Shown: positions 24,479-31,798 of the stretch, piece by piece
How positions within the stretch are numbered: position 1 is the stretch's first letter
Layout: each line of letters opens with the position of its first letter
Source of the DNA: Dehalococcoidia bacterium
GTDB taxonomy: Bacteria > Chloroflexota > Dehalococcoidia > Dehalococcoidales > RBG-16-60-22
Direction of reading: 5' to 3'
Length of the DNA stretch: 32,845 nucleotides
Assembly: GCA_030615655.1 (NCBI GenBank)
Contig: JAUWYU010000002.1
Location: 1-32,845, forward strand
Notes under the pieces: model-generated
What the model was told of the DNA's origin: nothing
The model's database searches: none
What the model saw: the letters and a program-made list of their open reading frames with translations, nothing else
Program-made: the position numbers and the translations under genes

Positions 24479-26479
24479 TTAAGAACCGCAGTGAAGCTGG
24501 TAATTCTCCTCGTAAGTTGGCGCATAGGGCGGCTTGAGATGAAAGTCCAGCGGTAAGTCTCTAACCTCAACTTTGTCATCCACCTGCTTGATGGGAAGCA
24601 GTTTCTGCCACTCGGGCGGGTCCATCTCGGGGTAGTCCAGCCGGTGGAAATCAAGGATGGAGTTGCTGGCCTTGCGTTCAAGCGAAGCCTTTATGACCAG
24701 TTCCCCGACCGAAATCAGCGCGTGGCATTCCAGCAGGCGCCCCAGTTCGTGCGGGTTGGAGGCGTACGCGGAGGCTAATTCCGTTGTCTTGAGTTCGTTG
24801 AGCAATCTCAGGCCCAGGTTAAGGGTCAGTTCATTCTTATGCCGGCCGCAATAGTCCCGCATAATCCGGGCAATGGCGGCATTAATTTCCTTCCAGCCGT
24901 TGCCTTCCTTGCTCTGTTTGACCGCTGAATAGGAGTGTGTTTTCTCCGCTTCAATCTGCCTGCTATCGGCGACCGGCTCGGCTGCCGTTTTAGCATACTC
25001 GGCGGCATGTCGGCCGGCGTACCTGCCGGTGGTATGCGACTCGCCGTGGCAGCCCCCGCCGAAGATGGTACCGCCCGCGGCGGCGTACAGCCCTTCCAGA
25101 TTGGTCTTCAAATCCCAGTCAAGCAGAAAGCCGCCGCCGCCCATTCCGCGTACTGTAGGCGGCGTGTTGGGCCCGCCGGCCCAGTAACATGCGTTAAAAT
25201 ATCCCTCGAGGGGCATGACCGGCGCCTGCATCATGTCTTTATCGGGGTCGAACCCGGCTTTTGTGTACGTGTCGTATATCGGTATGCGGGTTTTGCCCTC
25301 GTTGCCGACCATCATGCCCCAGATGCATCTTCGTTCCATCTCCGAAAGGCGGGTCATATCGGCATACAGAGGCAGCTTGAACTCGCCCCTGCGCAGGCGT
25401 TCGGGCAGGTCCGGATTAATGTCATTCAAGCGGAATTCTTGATTGGTGCGGGAGATCCCTATCCCGATACCCAGCTGGAATTGCTGCCCTTCCTGCGGCA
25501 GGAATCGGTCCTCGACGGTTTTCAGCTCCCTGCCGAATACGTCAATCCAGGGCACCTCTTTACCGTCGGCATCAACTATCGGTGTGCCGTGGTAGGTATT
25601 GCTGGCGTTTGCGGTGCTGTAGGGCGCGTAGCCGAAACCGACCAGACCGCCTGGTCCGGACGCTTCCGTGCAGACGAACTCGGCACCGGCGTTCCAGCCG
25701 ATAGCTTGGCCGACGCCAGCGGAGTTCATATCGGCCATGGTGCCGGAGGCGGTTATTTCCGGAGCGAACACGGAGAGGCGGCCGGCACCACCCGTGGCGA
25801 TTACGGTGGCCTTCGACCTAAAAACGTAGAACTCGCCGGTGTGCGTATCGACGCCGGTAGCCCCGACGACTCTGGCTCCCTGGTTGCCGCCTTCGGTAAG
25901 CAGGCTGGTGACCATCATCCTGTTGTAGATATTAACACCAACCCGCTTCGCCTCTTCGTAAAGTTTGGGCTTGATGTCATATCCCCAGACGCGGATGATA
26001 TGCTTGTTTTCATAATCGTAGGCGAACATGAGCTTGGTCTCTTCGTCGCGGAAGTCGGCCCCTTTGAACTCATCGTTGACGTCTCGAATTTGGATTCCCA
26101 TCTGTTCACAGTCGAGCAGGGTGTCCCAGCTTTCCTTGGTGATGATGTAGCGGACGTGTCCGCCGGTGTACCCCTGCATGCTATCGTAGCAGGCACGGGT
26201 ATACATTTCCGGGGTGACCTTGGAGCAGGGATTGGTGACGGCGCCGTGCCAGTGGTCGACACCCGCCCCGCCGGAGCCGCTCCTTTTAGCGTGGCCCCTT
26301 TCGGCGATGGCGACCTTGACTCCCTTTTTGGCGGCGTTAATGGCGGCCTGACAGCCGGCAACGCCGCCTCCGATAACCAGAACGTCGGTGACGACTTCAT
26401 TCACCTTGCCGTAGTTGATGGGGTACGGCCATTCGGGAATAGAAGCATTTCTCTGAATATATTCGTGCCAGGTACTCAT
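24479..26479 (-). CDS. Large FAD-dependent oxidoreductase of the FrdA/SdhA/AprA superfamily (666 aa)
   Basis: DVLVIGGGVAGCQAAINAAKKG, ERGHAKRSGSGGAGVDHW, VIATGGAGRL, GLYAAAGGTIFGGGCHGESHTTGRYAGRHAA. The C-terminal capping region ends ...LERKASNSILDFHRLDYPEMD. Size and the small ferredoxin partner resemble adenylylsulfate reductase alpha. Confidence 0.8.
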   Translation of the reverse strand: MSTWHEYIQRNASIPEWPYPINYGKVNEVVTDVLVIGGGVAGCQAAINAAKKGVKVAIAERGHAKRSGSGGAGVDHWHGAVTNPCSKVTPEMYTRACYDSMQGYTGGHVRYIITKESWDTLLDCEQMGIQIRDVNDEFKGADFRDEETKLMFAYDYENKHIIRVWGYDIKPKLYEEAKRVGVNIYNRMMVTSLLTEGGNQGARVVGATGVDTHTGEFYVFRSKATVIATGGAGRLSVFAPEITASGTMADMNSAGVGQAIGWNAGAEFVCTEASGPGGLVGFGYAPYSTANASNTYHGTPIVDADGKEVPWIDVFGRELKTVEDRFLPQEGQQFQLGIGIGISRTNQEFRLNDINPDLPERLRRGEFKLPLYADMTRLSEMERRCIWGMMVGNEGKTRIPIYDTYTKAGFDPDKDMMQAPVMPLEGYFNACYWAGGPNTPPTVRGMGGGGFLLDWDLKTNLEGLYAAAGGTIFGGGCHGESHTTGRYAGRHAAEYAKTAAEPVADSRQIEAEKTHSYSAVKQSKEGNGWKEINAAIARIMRDYCGRHKNELTLNLGLRLLNELKTTELASAYASNPHELGRLLECHALISVGELVIKASLERKASNSILDFHRLDYPEMDPPEWQKLLPIKQVDDKVEVRDLPLDFHLKPPYAPTYEENYQLHCGS

Positions 26480-26529
26480 AAAACTATATCCCCCTTAATA
26501 AATGTGAAATGGTAGCGTTTTGCGTGCTA

Positions 26530-26548
26530 GGGGATATAGTATATCCCC
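26530..26548. promoter_or_regulatory. 19-bp perfect palindrome GGGGATATA-G-TATATCCCC overlapping the -10 element (candidate operator)
   Basis: Read directly from the sequence. A third half-site, TATATCCCC, lies at 26485..26493 and overlaps the RBS of the flavoprotein gene. Confidence 0.5.
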
Positions 26549-26564
26549 GTTAGGGCTTTGTCAA
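26536..26564 (-). promoter_or_regulatory. Strong sigma70-type promoter for the flavoprotein/ferredoxin pair
   Basis: Minus strand TTGACA (26564..26559), 17-nt spacer, TACTAT (26541..26536). Confidence 0.55.
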
Positions 26565-26607
26565 ATAACGGTGATTCTTCCGGATTGACAGCAATCGGCA
26601 GATTTGT

Positions 26608-27348
26608 CTAATGCCGGCGCGTTATTATCAGCCAGCTAATGATGAGTGCGAAGACGCACCAGGCCCCGGTAATGGCAAACGCCAGTCCGAGATTTACATC
26701 AATATCGGTCAATGTACCGCGGGAGAGGTCGGCCATGTATTGCATGGGCAGCACCTTATGTACTGCTACCATCCAATCGGGCAAACGTTCGGCTGGGTAC
26801 AAAATCGGTGAGAAAAACATGATAATGAATATTAAGACCTGCGAGCCGACCTGCGCTATACGCGGACTGGGGACAGCCAGGGCAAAAGCGTAACCAACGA
26901 ATGAGGCGGCTATAGACATAAGTATAAAGGCCGGGACAATCAGCGGACTGACTTGGAGGGTAAAATCGTGGTAGATAGAGCCGACTACCAGCGAGATAAC
27001 CACTCCCGGTAAAGCTATAAGGAACCATACGGAAACGTCACCGGCAACATATACTATTCGTGGGACAGGCAGTGACCACATGTAGTCGAAGGTCTGCTCC
27101 AGGCGGGCCGCTGCTACGATTTGAGGTACGGTAACCAGCCCTGTTGTCAATAAAATCAGAGTGGGGGTACCCGTGATAAGGTATTTAGCAAAACCCGAGA
27201 ACTGTGGCGGCATAAATAAAGAAATACCGATAACGACACCCAGGGCCATCATAATATGGATTATCATAAAAAACGGCAGCAGCGACCGGTAAGATAGAGC
27301 GTGCCACTTGAGCATCAGTAGATAGCTGCGGAGCCAGCCCAATATCAC
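26608..27348 (-). CDS. ABC-2 type transporter permease
   Basis: 246 aa with six predicted hydrophobic helices. GTG start overlaps the ATPase stop (GTGA). Typical ABC-2/DrrB-like organisation. Confidence 0.8.
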   Translation of the reverse strand: MILGWLRSYLLMLKWHALSYRSLLPFFMIIHIMMALGVVIGISLFMPPQFSGFAKYLITGTPTLILLTTGLVTVPQIVAAARLEQTFDYMWSLPVPRIVYVAGDVSVWFLIALPGVVISLVVGSIYHDFTLQVSPLIVPAFILMSIAASFVGYAFALAVPSPRIAQVGSQVLIFIIMFFSPILYPAERLPDWMVAVHKVLPMQYMADLSRGTLTDIDVNLGLAFAITGAWCVFALIISWLIITRRH

Positions 27349-28295
27349 TTCGTTTCTCCTTCCGGCGTTTCCTCATCCTCTTCCAGGCGGCCCACCATCC
27401 TGATATAAATATCCTCCAGCGTAATCGGTCCCAGCGAAAATTCTTCCACCTTGCCGTCATCTTTCAGCTTGCTGGCCAGTTCAAGAGCGGAAACAACGTT
27501 TTCCTTTTCTACTTTCGATATCATGCGGCGGTTGGAAGCTACGGTCTCCAGCAGGAAATCGGGCAGCGGTGGCGGTTCCATGCCGGGTTCCAGGATAAGC
27601 TCCAGCCGCATGCTATCGCCTTCGGATGCCTTGAGCTCGGCCGGAGTTCCCGACCCCAGTACTCTGCCCTCGTCGATAATGGCCAGCCGGTCAACGACAC
27701 GTTCGGCTTCGTGGACGTTATGGGTAACCAGTAGCACGGCGGAGCCCGCCTCAGCTAGGGAGCGGACTTCCTGCCAGAGCTGGCGGCGGCGGAGCGGGTC
27801 GATATCATTGGTCGGCTCATCCAGTATTACAATATCACCCGGCGCAACTACTGCCATGCAGAAGCATACCAGCCGGCGTATGCCGCCGGTGGAATTCTGG
27901 CCTATGACGTTCCGCCACTGACCGATGCCAAGGCGGTCAATCAGTTCATTGGCTCGCCGGCGGACATCGGCTTTCCTCATGCCGCGTATCTGGCCGACCA
28001 GTTCAATGGCATTGATGGCGGGAAGTAGGTAGACCGGCAGCTGGTTCTGAGGTTGAAAGGAGCAGGCCTGCCGGGCGAAAGCGGGGTTGGCGATGACATC
28101 TACACCATCGATAGTAATGGTGCCTGAGTTTGGCACGGTAATGCCGATAACCTGGTTAACCAAGGTGGTCTTGCCGGCTCCGTTCGGGCCCAGCAGCCCG
28201 AAGACCTCGCCCTTGGCCATGGAAAGGCTGATATTGTCATTGGCTTTAACCTTGCCTTTGTAGACTTTACAGACGTCTTTTATTTCTAGAAGCAT
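27345..28295 (-). CDS. ABC transporter ATP-binding protein (DrrA-like)
   Basis: Walker A GPNGAGKTT, a diverged signature-motif region (NSTGGIRR), Walker B IVILDEPTNDID and the H-loop VTHN, plus a C-terminal accessory domain. Confidence 0.9.
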   Translation of the reverse strand: MLLEIKDVCKVYKGKVKANDNISLSMAKGEVFGLLGPNGAGKTTLVNQVIGITVPNSGTITIDGVDVIANPAFARQACSFQPQNQLPVYLLPAINAIELVGQIRGMRKADVRRRANELIDRLGIGQWRNVIGQNSTGGIRRLVCFCMAVVAPGDIVILDEPTNDIDPLRRRQLWQEVRSLAEAGSAVLLVTHNVHEAERVVDRLAIIDEGRVLGSGTPAELKASEGDSMRLELILEPGMEPPPLPDFLLETVASNRRMISKVEKENVVSALELASKLKDDGKVEEFSLGPITLEDIYIRMVGRLEEDEETPEGETK

Positions 28296-28340
28296 TTTCT
28301 CGTTGGGAAACTACTGGATAAATACAGGTATTTAACCTAC

Positions 28341-28370
28341 ACATTACCCGTTAAAGGTGGGGTTTGTCAA
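28341..28370 (-). promoter_or_regulatory. Candidate promoter for the ABC exporter
   Basis: Minus strand TTGACA (28370..28365), 18-nt spacer, TAATGT (28346..28341). Confidence 0.3.
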
Positions 28371-28394
28371 CGGGTGGGTCGGATTATCCAGAAA

Positions 28395-28471
28395 GTGGTA
28401 CCCCTGGCGCGACTCGAACGCGCGACACGCGGTTTAGGAAACCGCTGCTCTATCCACCTGAGCTACAGGGG
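28395..28471 (-). tRNA. tRNA-Arg (anticodon CCT), 3' CCA encoded
   Basis: Manual cloverleaf on the reverse complement: acceptor GCCCCTG/CAGGGGT (terminal G1-U72 wobble), D arm GCTC-AGGTGGATA-GAGC, anticodon arm GCGGT-TTCCTAA-ACCGC, variable GTGTC, T arm GCGCG-TTCGAGT-CGCGC, A, CCA. 77 nt. Confidence 0.9.
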
Positions 28472-29664
28472 CGTGAAGCTAAATGACCATGTTCTGTCGC
28501 TAAATATTCCGAAGTTGGCGACATTTTGGCGACGGAATTTTTATTTACCCCCGCGGGCAGCACCTCGTCTAATAGCGCCATAGCATCGCTTTGCATCCCC
28601 TCAATTATATGGCTGTAGACATCCATTGTAAAGGCTACCGAACTGTGACCCAGGGCTTCAGAGATAACTTTAGGCTTTGCCCCATGCAGTAACATAAGGC
28701 TGGCGAAGGTATGTCTCAGATCGTGGAATCTCACCTTCTCCAGTCCGGCTCGGGATACCAGTTTGCTAAAATTATGGGTCAATACGCAGGGGTCAATTGC
28801 CCCGCCTTCCACACTACCAAAAACGAGGTCGTCCAGGGTGAGTTGCTTTCCTAGTTGCCAATAAAGCGATTCCCTCTCCGCCCGGTATTCTCTTAAGAAC
28901 AGGGCTAACTTCGGGGTCATAGCGACCCGCCGCCGACTATGGGTTGTCTTAGGCTCTTTGAACTGGCAGACGCCACGTCTCTTGTATAGCACCTGGCTGA
29001 CCGATATCGAGAGAAAATCGAGGTCAACATCACGCCATCTTAAGCCCAGTAATTCAGCCTGCCTAAGTCCAGTGCTGACGGCGGCATAGACTACCGGGTA
29101 ATAGTAGTTGCCTATTGACTTCTCAAAAAGGACTTCAACTTCATTAGAGGTCAAGGTGCGCATAGCCCTCCCCTTCGGTGAAGGTGGGTCTACAAACTCA
29201 CAGGGATTGCGGCCCAGGTAACCTTGCCGGACGGCGTACTTCAAGCTTTGAGACAACACCCGGTGCTGGTGGTGTACTGTCCGAGAAGATAACCGCTCGC
29301 AAGCCTTGCCATAATAGCTCTGAATTGCCTGCGGGTGAAGGTGCTTTAGCTGAATATGTCCCAGAGCGGGTATTAGGTGAACCTCTATAATGGACTGGTA
29401 GCCGTCGAGAGTACGCTGAGAGCAGTTAGTCTTAACATACCCTTCAAGCCAATTATGAAGGTGCTCTCCCACTGTGAGCCGCCCCGGAGGGGTGTGTATG
29501 CCCTTCTCTAAATTGACAAGTAATTCATTCAGCCTCTTTTGGGCGTCTGATTTGCGCCCGTGTATTGCCTCGAAATACCGGCGTCGCTTCCCATCAGGCC
29601 CGGTACCCGTGTCGAGGGTGATCTGCCAGGAGCGCTCCCCCTTTCTGCGAATGTATCCTCTCAT
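28450..29664 (-). CDS. Tyrosine-type site-specific integrase (phage integrase family) with an N-terminal arm-binding-type domain
   Basis: MRGYIRRKGERSWQITLDTG..DGKRRRYF (AP2-like N-terminus), a core-binding region, and catalytic residues in LRQAELLGLRWRDVDL (R), HDLRHTFAS (HxxR), LGHSS (H) and DVYSH (Y). AAAGGAGA RBS. The ORF 3' end overlaps the tRNA-Arg 5' end by 22 nt. Confidence 0.9.
   Translation of the reverse strand: MRGYIRRKGERSWQITLDTGTGPDGKRRRYFEAIHGRKSDAQKRLNELLVNLEKGIHTPPGRLTVGEHLHNWLEGYVKTNCSQRTLDGYQSIIEVHLIPALGHIQLKHLHPQAIQSYYGKACERLSSRTVHHQHRVLSQSLKYAVRQGYLGRNPCEFVDPPSPKGRAMRTLTSNEVEVLFEKSIGNYYYPVVYAAVSTGLRQAELLGLRWRDVDLDFLSISVSQVLYKRRGVCQFKEPKTTHSRRRVAMTPKLALFLREYRAERESLYWQLGKQLTLDDLVFGSVEGGAIDPCVLTHNFSKLVSRAGLEKVRFHDLRHTFASLMLLHGAKPKVISEALGHSSVAFTMDVYSHIIEGMQSDAMALLDEVLPAGVNKNSVAKMSPTSEYLATEHGHLASRPCSSGG
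28515..28533. repeat. Tandem direct repeat TTGGCGAC-att-TTGGCGAC (11-nt period) next to the tRNA, inside the integrase 3' end
   Basis: Read directly: 28515..28522 and 28526..28533. Confidence 0.7.
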
Positions 29665-29702
29665 TGCTATCTCCTTTCATTAGTTTCTTCGTATATTTCC
29701 TA

Positions 29703-30650
29703 TTATACAGGGCACAACTCGCACCGCGTACGAACTAATAGGGGACGCAGTACGAATGGGTCCAAAGCATCGTCGATCTCTTCAATTTTTTCATCCATCC
29801 TATGGAGTATCTCGGCTATGTTCTTATCACTGAAGCTCTGGCACACGGTTTTAAAGGCAAGTTCACATACCGCTACCATGTCTGGGCCCAGAGAAACCTC
29901 CCTCAATCTATGCCCCAAGTCATAACGCGTTTGATCACTAAAGTAGGCTACGACTTGACCCTCTTTAGCTCGAAACTCTAATTTTTCCACTGGCTTGTTG
30001 CCCGTGCCAACCCACCATACTACCCAAAGCACGTCATCCGCTATCCTTCTCACCTCATCCCTTTCTTTGCTAATTTGCCTCTCGACTTCTTCTTTAAGAT
30101 TAGGGTTTTGATTAATAAGGTCCTCCACTATTTCGCCCGCTTCCCTCCGGAGTTCTCGAAGAGCATCCCGGCATGCGTTCCAAGCCTCTCGCCATTCCTC
30201 GAAGGCTGCCCACCATCCTTGGCCACGGGTATGTTCCCGTAAAGACATCAAAAGCATCCTGTTTCGGCGGTTTATCTGCCGCTGCTCTCTCCTAGCCTGG
30301 TCGGAGTCCGAATCAAGCCCTCGGGGAAGTTCCTTGTCCAACAGGGGCTTAAATACCGTGTCAGCATCTCTGTCCTCAGCAAATGAACCAGGTCTTGTGA
30401 CATAACTCTTGAAGGAAACCGCAAATTCAGTAAGGTCATTTAGGTGCTTCTGCAATTCATCTGTCAGGAACTGCTTTCTGATTTCAGTAGCAAGAATATC
30501 CCCTCGCCGTCCTGCCAGATAAGCCTTCACCGTCTGACGATGACATCCGGTAGCCCGGCTTATAGCCGAAATCGACTCGCCTTGATGGTGAAGCTCAACC
30601 ATGCGCCTGACTTGGTCATCAGTCACTCGACTACCTCTATGTCTTGCCAT
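29703..30650 (-). CDS. HTH-domain protein (N-terminal resolvase/transposase-type helix-turn-helix), C-terminal about 260 aa unrecognised
   Basis: MARHRGSRVTDDQVRRMVELHHQGESISAISRATGCHRQTVKAYL is an HTH of the HTH_23/resolvase type. The rest is a charged helical region and a Trp-rich segment. Lies upstream of the integrase on the same strand. Confidence 0.7.
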   Translation of the reverse strand: MARHRGSRVTDDQVRRMVELHHQGESISAISRATGCHRQTVKAYLAGRRGDILATEIRKQFLTDELQKHLNDLTEFAVSFKSYVTRPGSFAEDRDADTVFKPLLDKELPRGLDSDSDQARREQRQINRRNRMLLMSLREHTRGQGWWAAFEEWREAWNACRDALRELRREAGEIVEDLINQNPNLKEEVERQISKERDEVRRIADDVLWVVWWVGTGNKPVEKLEFRAKEGQVVAYFSDQTRYDLGHRLREVSLGPDMVAVCELAFKTVCQSFSDKNIAEILHRMDEKIEEIDDALDPFVLRPLLVRTRCELCPV

Positions 30651-30761
30651 TTTGACACCTCCTCATTATTTTAGTTATCCGTGAGGATTTCACCAGCGAC
30701 ACTATTCATAAGTATACAATTATAGCGATATTTAAAGCTAATTAATCATCATTTACCACAA

Positions 30762-30823
30762 TTGACAAACCTGTAAATATACTTTACTGTCTAATTGTAT
30801 AAGTAATCTGATAAGTTTGTCAA
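30762..30823. promoter_or_regulatory. Inverted pair of TTGACAAAC 9-mers in the divergent intergenic region (candidate face-to-face -35 elements or operator)
   Basis: TTGACAAAC at 30762..30770 on the plus strand, and its exact reverse complement at 30815..30823. AT-rich 182-nt intergenic region between divergent genes. The -10 elements are weak: TATACA on the minus strand with a 16-nt spacer, and no good -10 on the plus strand. Confidence 0.3.
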
Positions 30824-30832
30824 GAGGTTATC

Positions 30833-31054
30833 ATGGCTGAGATAAAAGATGCTACGTACAAAAGACGTTATAGGATGAGAGCCGTTGGCGAAGGCGGATT
30901 AAACATTGTCGTCTCAATCCCCCGGGTGGTTATCGAGAGAGAAGCAGAGAAGCACGAACTAACCATTACGGAATTCTTGCAACGATTTAAGGCAGTAGCC
31001 CAGTACGATAATTTCGATGGGATTCGTTATACCTTTGAGGAAATACCCGGGTAA
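30833..31054 (+). CDS. Hypothetical 73-aa protein
   Basis: ORF with a weak AGAGG RBS and no recognised motif. First gene of the rightward unit of the element. Confidence 0.5.
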   Translation: MAEIKDATYKRRYRMRAVGEGGLNIVVSIPRVVIEREAEKHELTITEFLQRFKAVAQYDNFDGIRYTFEEIPG

Positions 31055-31092
31055 GAGAGAGCGCCTTAGTCAAGCTAAAGAGGAGAGCAGTA

Positions 31093-31299
31093 GTGGAAAA
31101 CAGCAGTGAGTCCCTCGTTTTAACGCCAGAAGAGGTACGTAAGCTGCTAAAAATTTCGAGGAGCGTGCTTTATTCTGCTCTGGCGCAGGGCACCATTCCG
31201 TCAATTCGCGTATCCTCTAGAAAAATCGTCATTCCCAAGCATAGGTTTCTGAGATGGTTAGACGAAGGCGGAGGAAACAATTTGTATCCAAAAGAATGA
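31093..31299 (+). CDS. Excisionase-family / MerR-like HTH DNA-binding protein
   Basis: GTG start after an AGGAGA RBS. LTPEEVRKLLKISRSVLYSALAQGTIPSIRVSSRKIVIPKHRFLRWL matches the HTH_17/excisionase pattern. Confidence 0.65.
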   Translation: MENSSESLVLTPEEVRKLLKISRSVLYSALAQGTIPSIRVSSRKIVIPKHRFLRWLDEGGGNNLYPKE

Positions 31300-31305
31300 A
31301 GAAAT

Positions 31306-31327
31306 CTCCGGGGTGCTGAACCCGGAG
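31306..31327 (+). terminator. Hairpin downstream of the excisionase-like gene (weak terminator candidate)
   Basis: CTCCGGG-gtgctgaa-CCCGGAG, a perfect 7-bp stem, followed by CTTCTTT, which is a poor U-tract. Confidence 0.35.
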
Positions 31328-31354
31328 CTTCTTTAGGAAGGGAGAGGCTGAGAC

Positions 31355-31798
31355 ATGGACCACTCTACTTTTATACGTAATACTCCAGGACAAGGCAAAG
31401 GTCAAGCGCCTTTTTCTAGTGAAGTACCGGAGCTCCTACAACACCACCTGGAGCATCTCCAGGCATCGGGCATCTCCATTGAGGTCATTCGGGAAAGGGG
31501 CTACGAGTCAGTCCTAGGCAAAAAGCATCTGGCTGACTTAGGTTTCAGTAAAGCACAGCAGCGAACTCCCGGTCTTCTCTGTCCTGGGTGGAGCGTCGAT
31601 GGGCAGCAAATCGGCTGTCAATACCGCCCGGATCATCCCCGCGACGACCACAATCTCGGCTGGTCGAGGATGGCAGAAGTATATCGCAAGTTGACCGGTG
31701 AGTATGTTAGCCGGAATACCATGAAGCGAAGATACCTCGAGGCTAAGCGCCAAATCAAGGATTCTCTGGAAGCACCCGCTAATGAAAGTCTACGTTGA
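31355..31798 (+). pseudogene. DUF3854-like (primase-associated) N-terminal fragment, apparently truncated after about residue 98
   Basis: HLEHLQASGISIEVIRERGYESV...LGF...GLLCPGWSVDGQQIGCQYRPDHPR resembles the start of DUF3854 domains. The expected continuation (KYExP, Toprim-like part) is absent. The last 50 aa look unrelated and overlap the next gene by 17 nt. Confidence 0.4.

Noticed and set aside
24935-26515. Plus-strand ORF of 526 aa
   Set aside because: It is antisense to the 666-aa flavoprotein, which has unambiguous FAD motifs. The product is Ala/Gly/Arg/Val-rich, typical of a shadow ORF in GC-rich DNA. The same reasoning applies to 10534..11226(-), 15229..15933(-), 2470..3006(+), 4025..4537(+) and 31790..32269(-).
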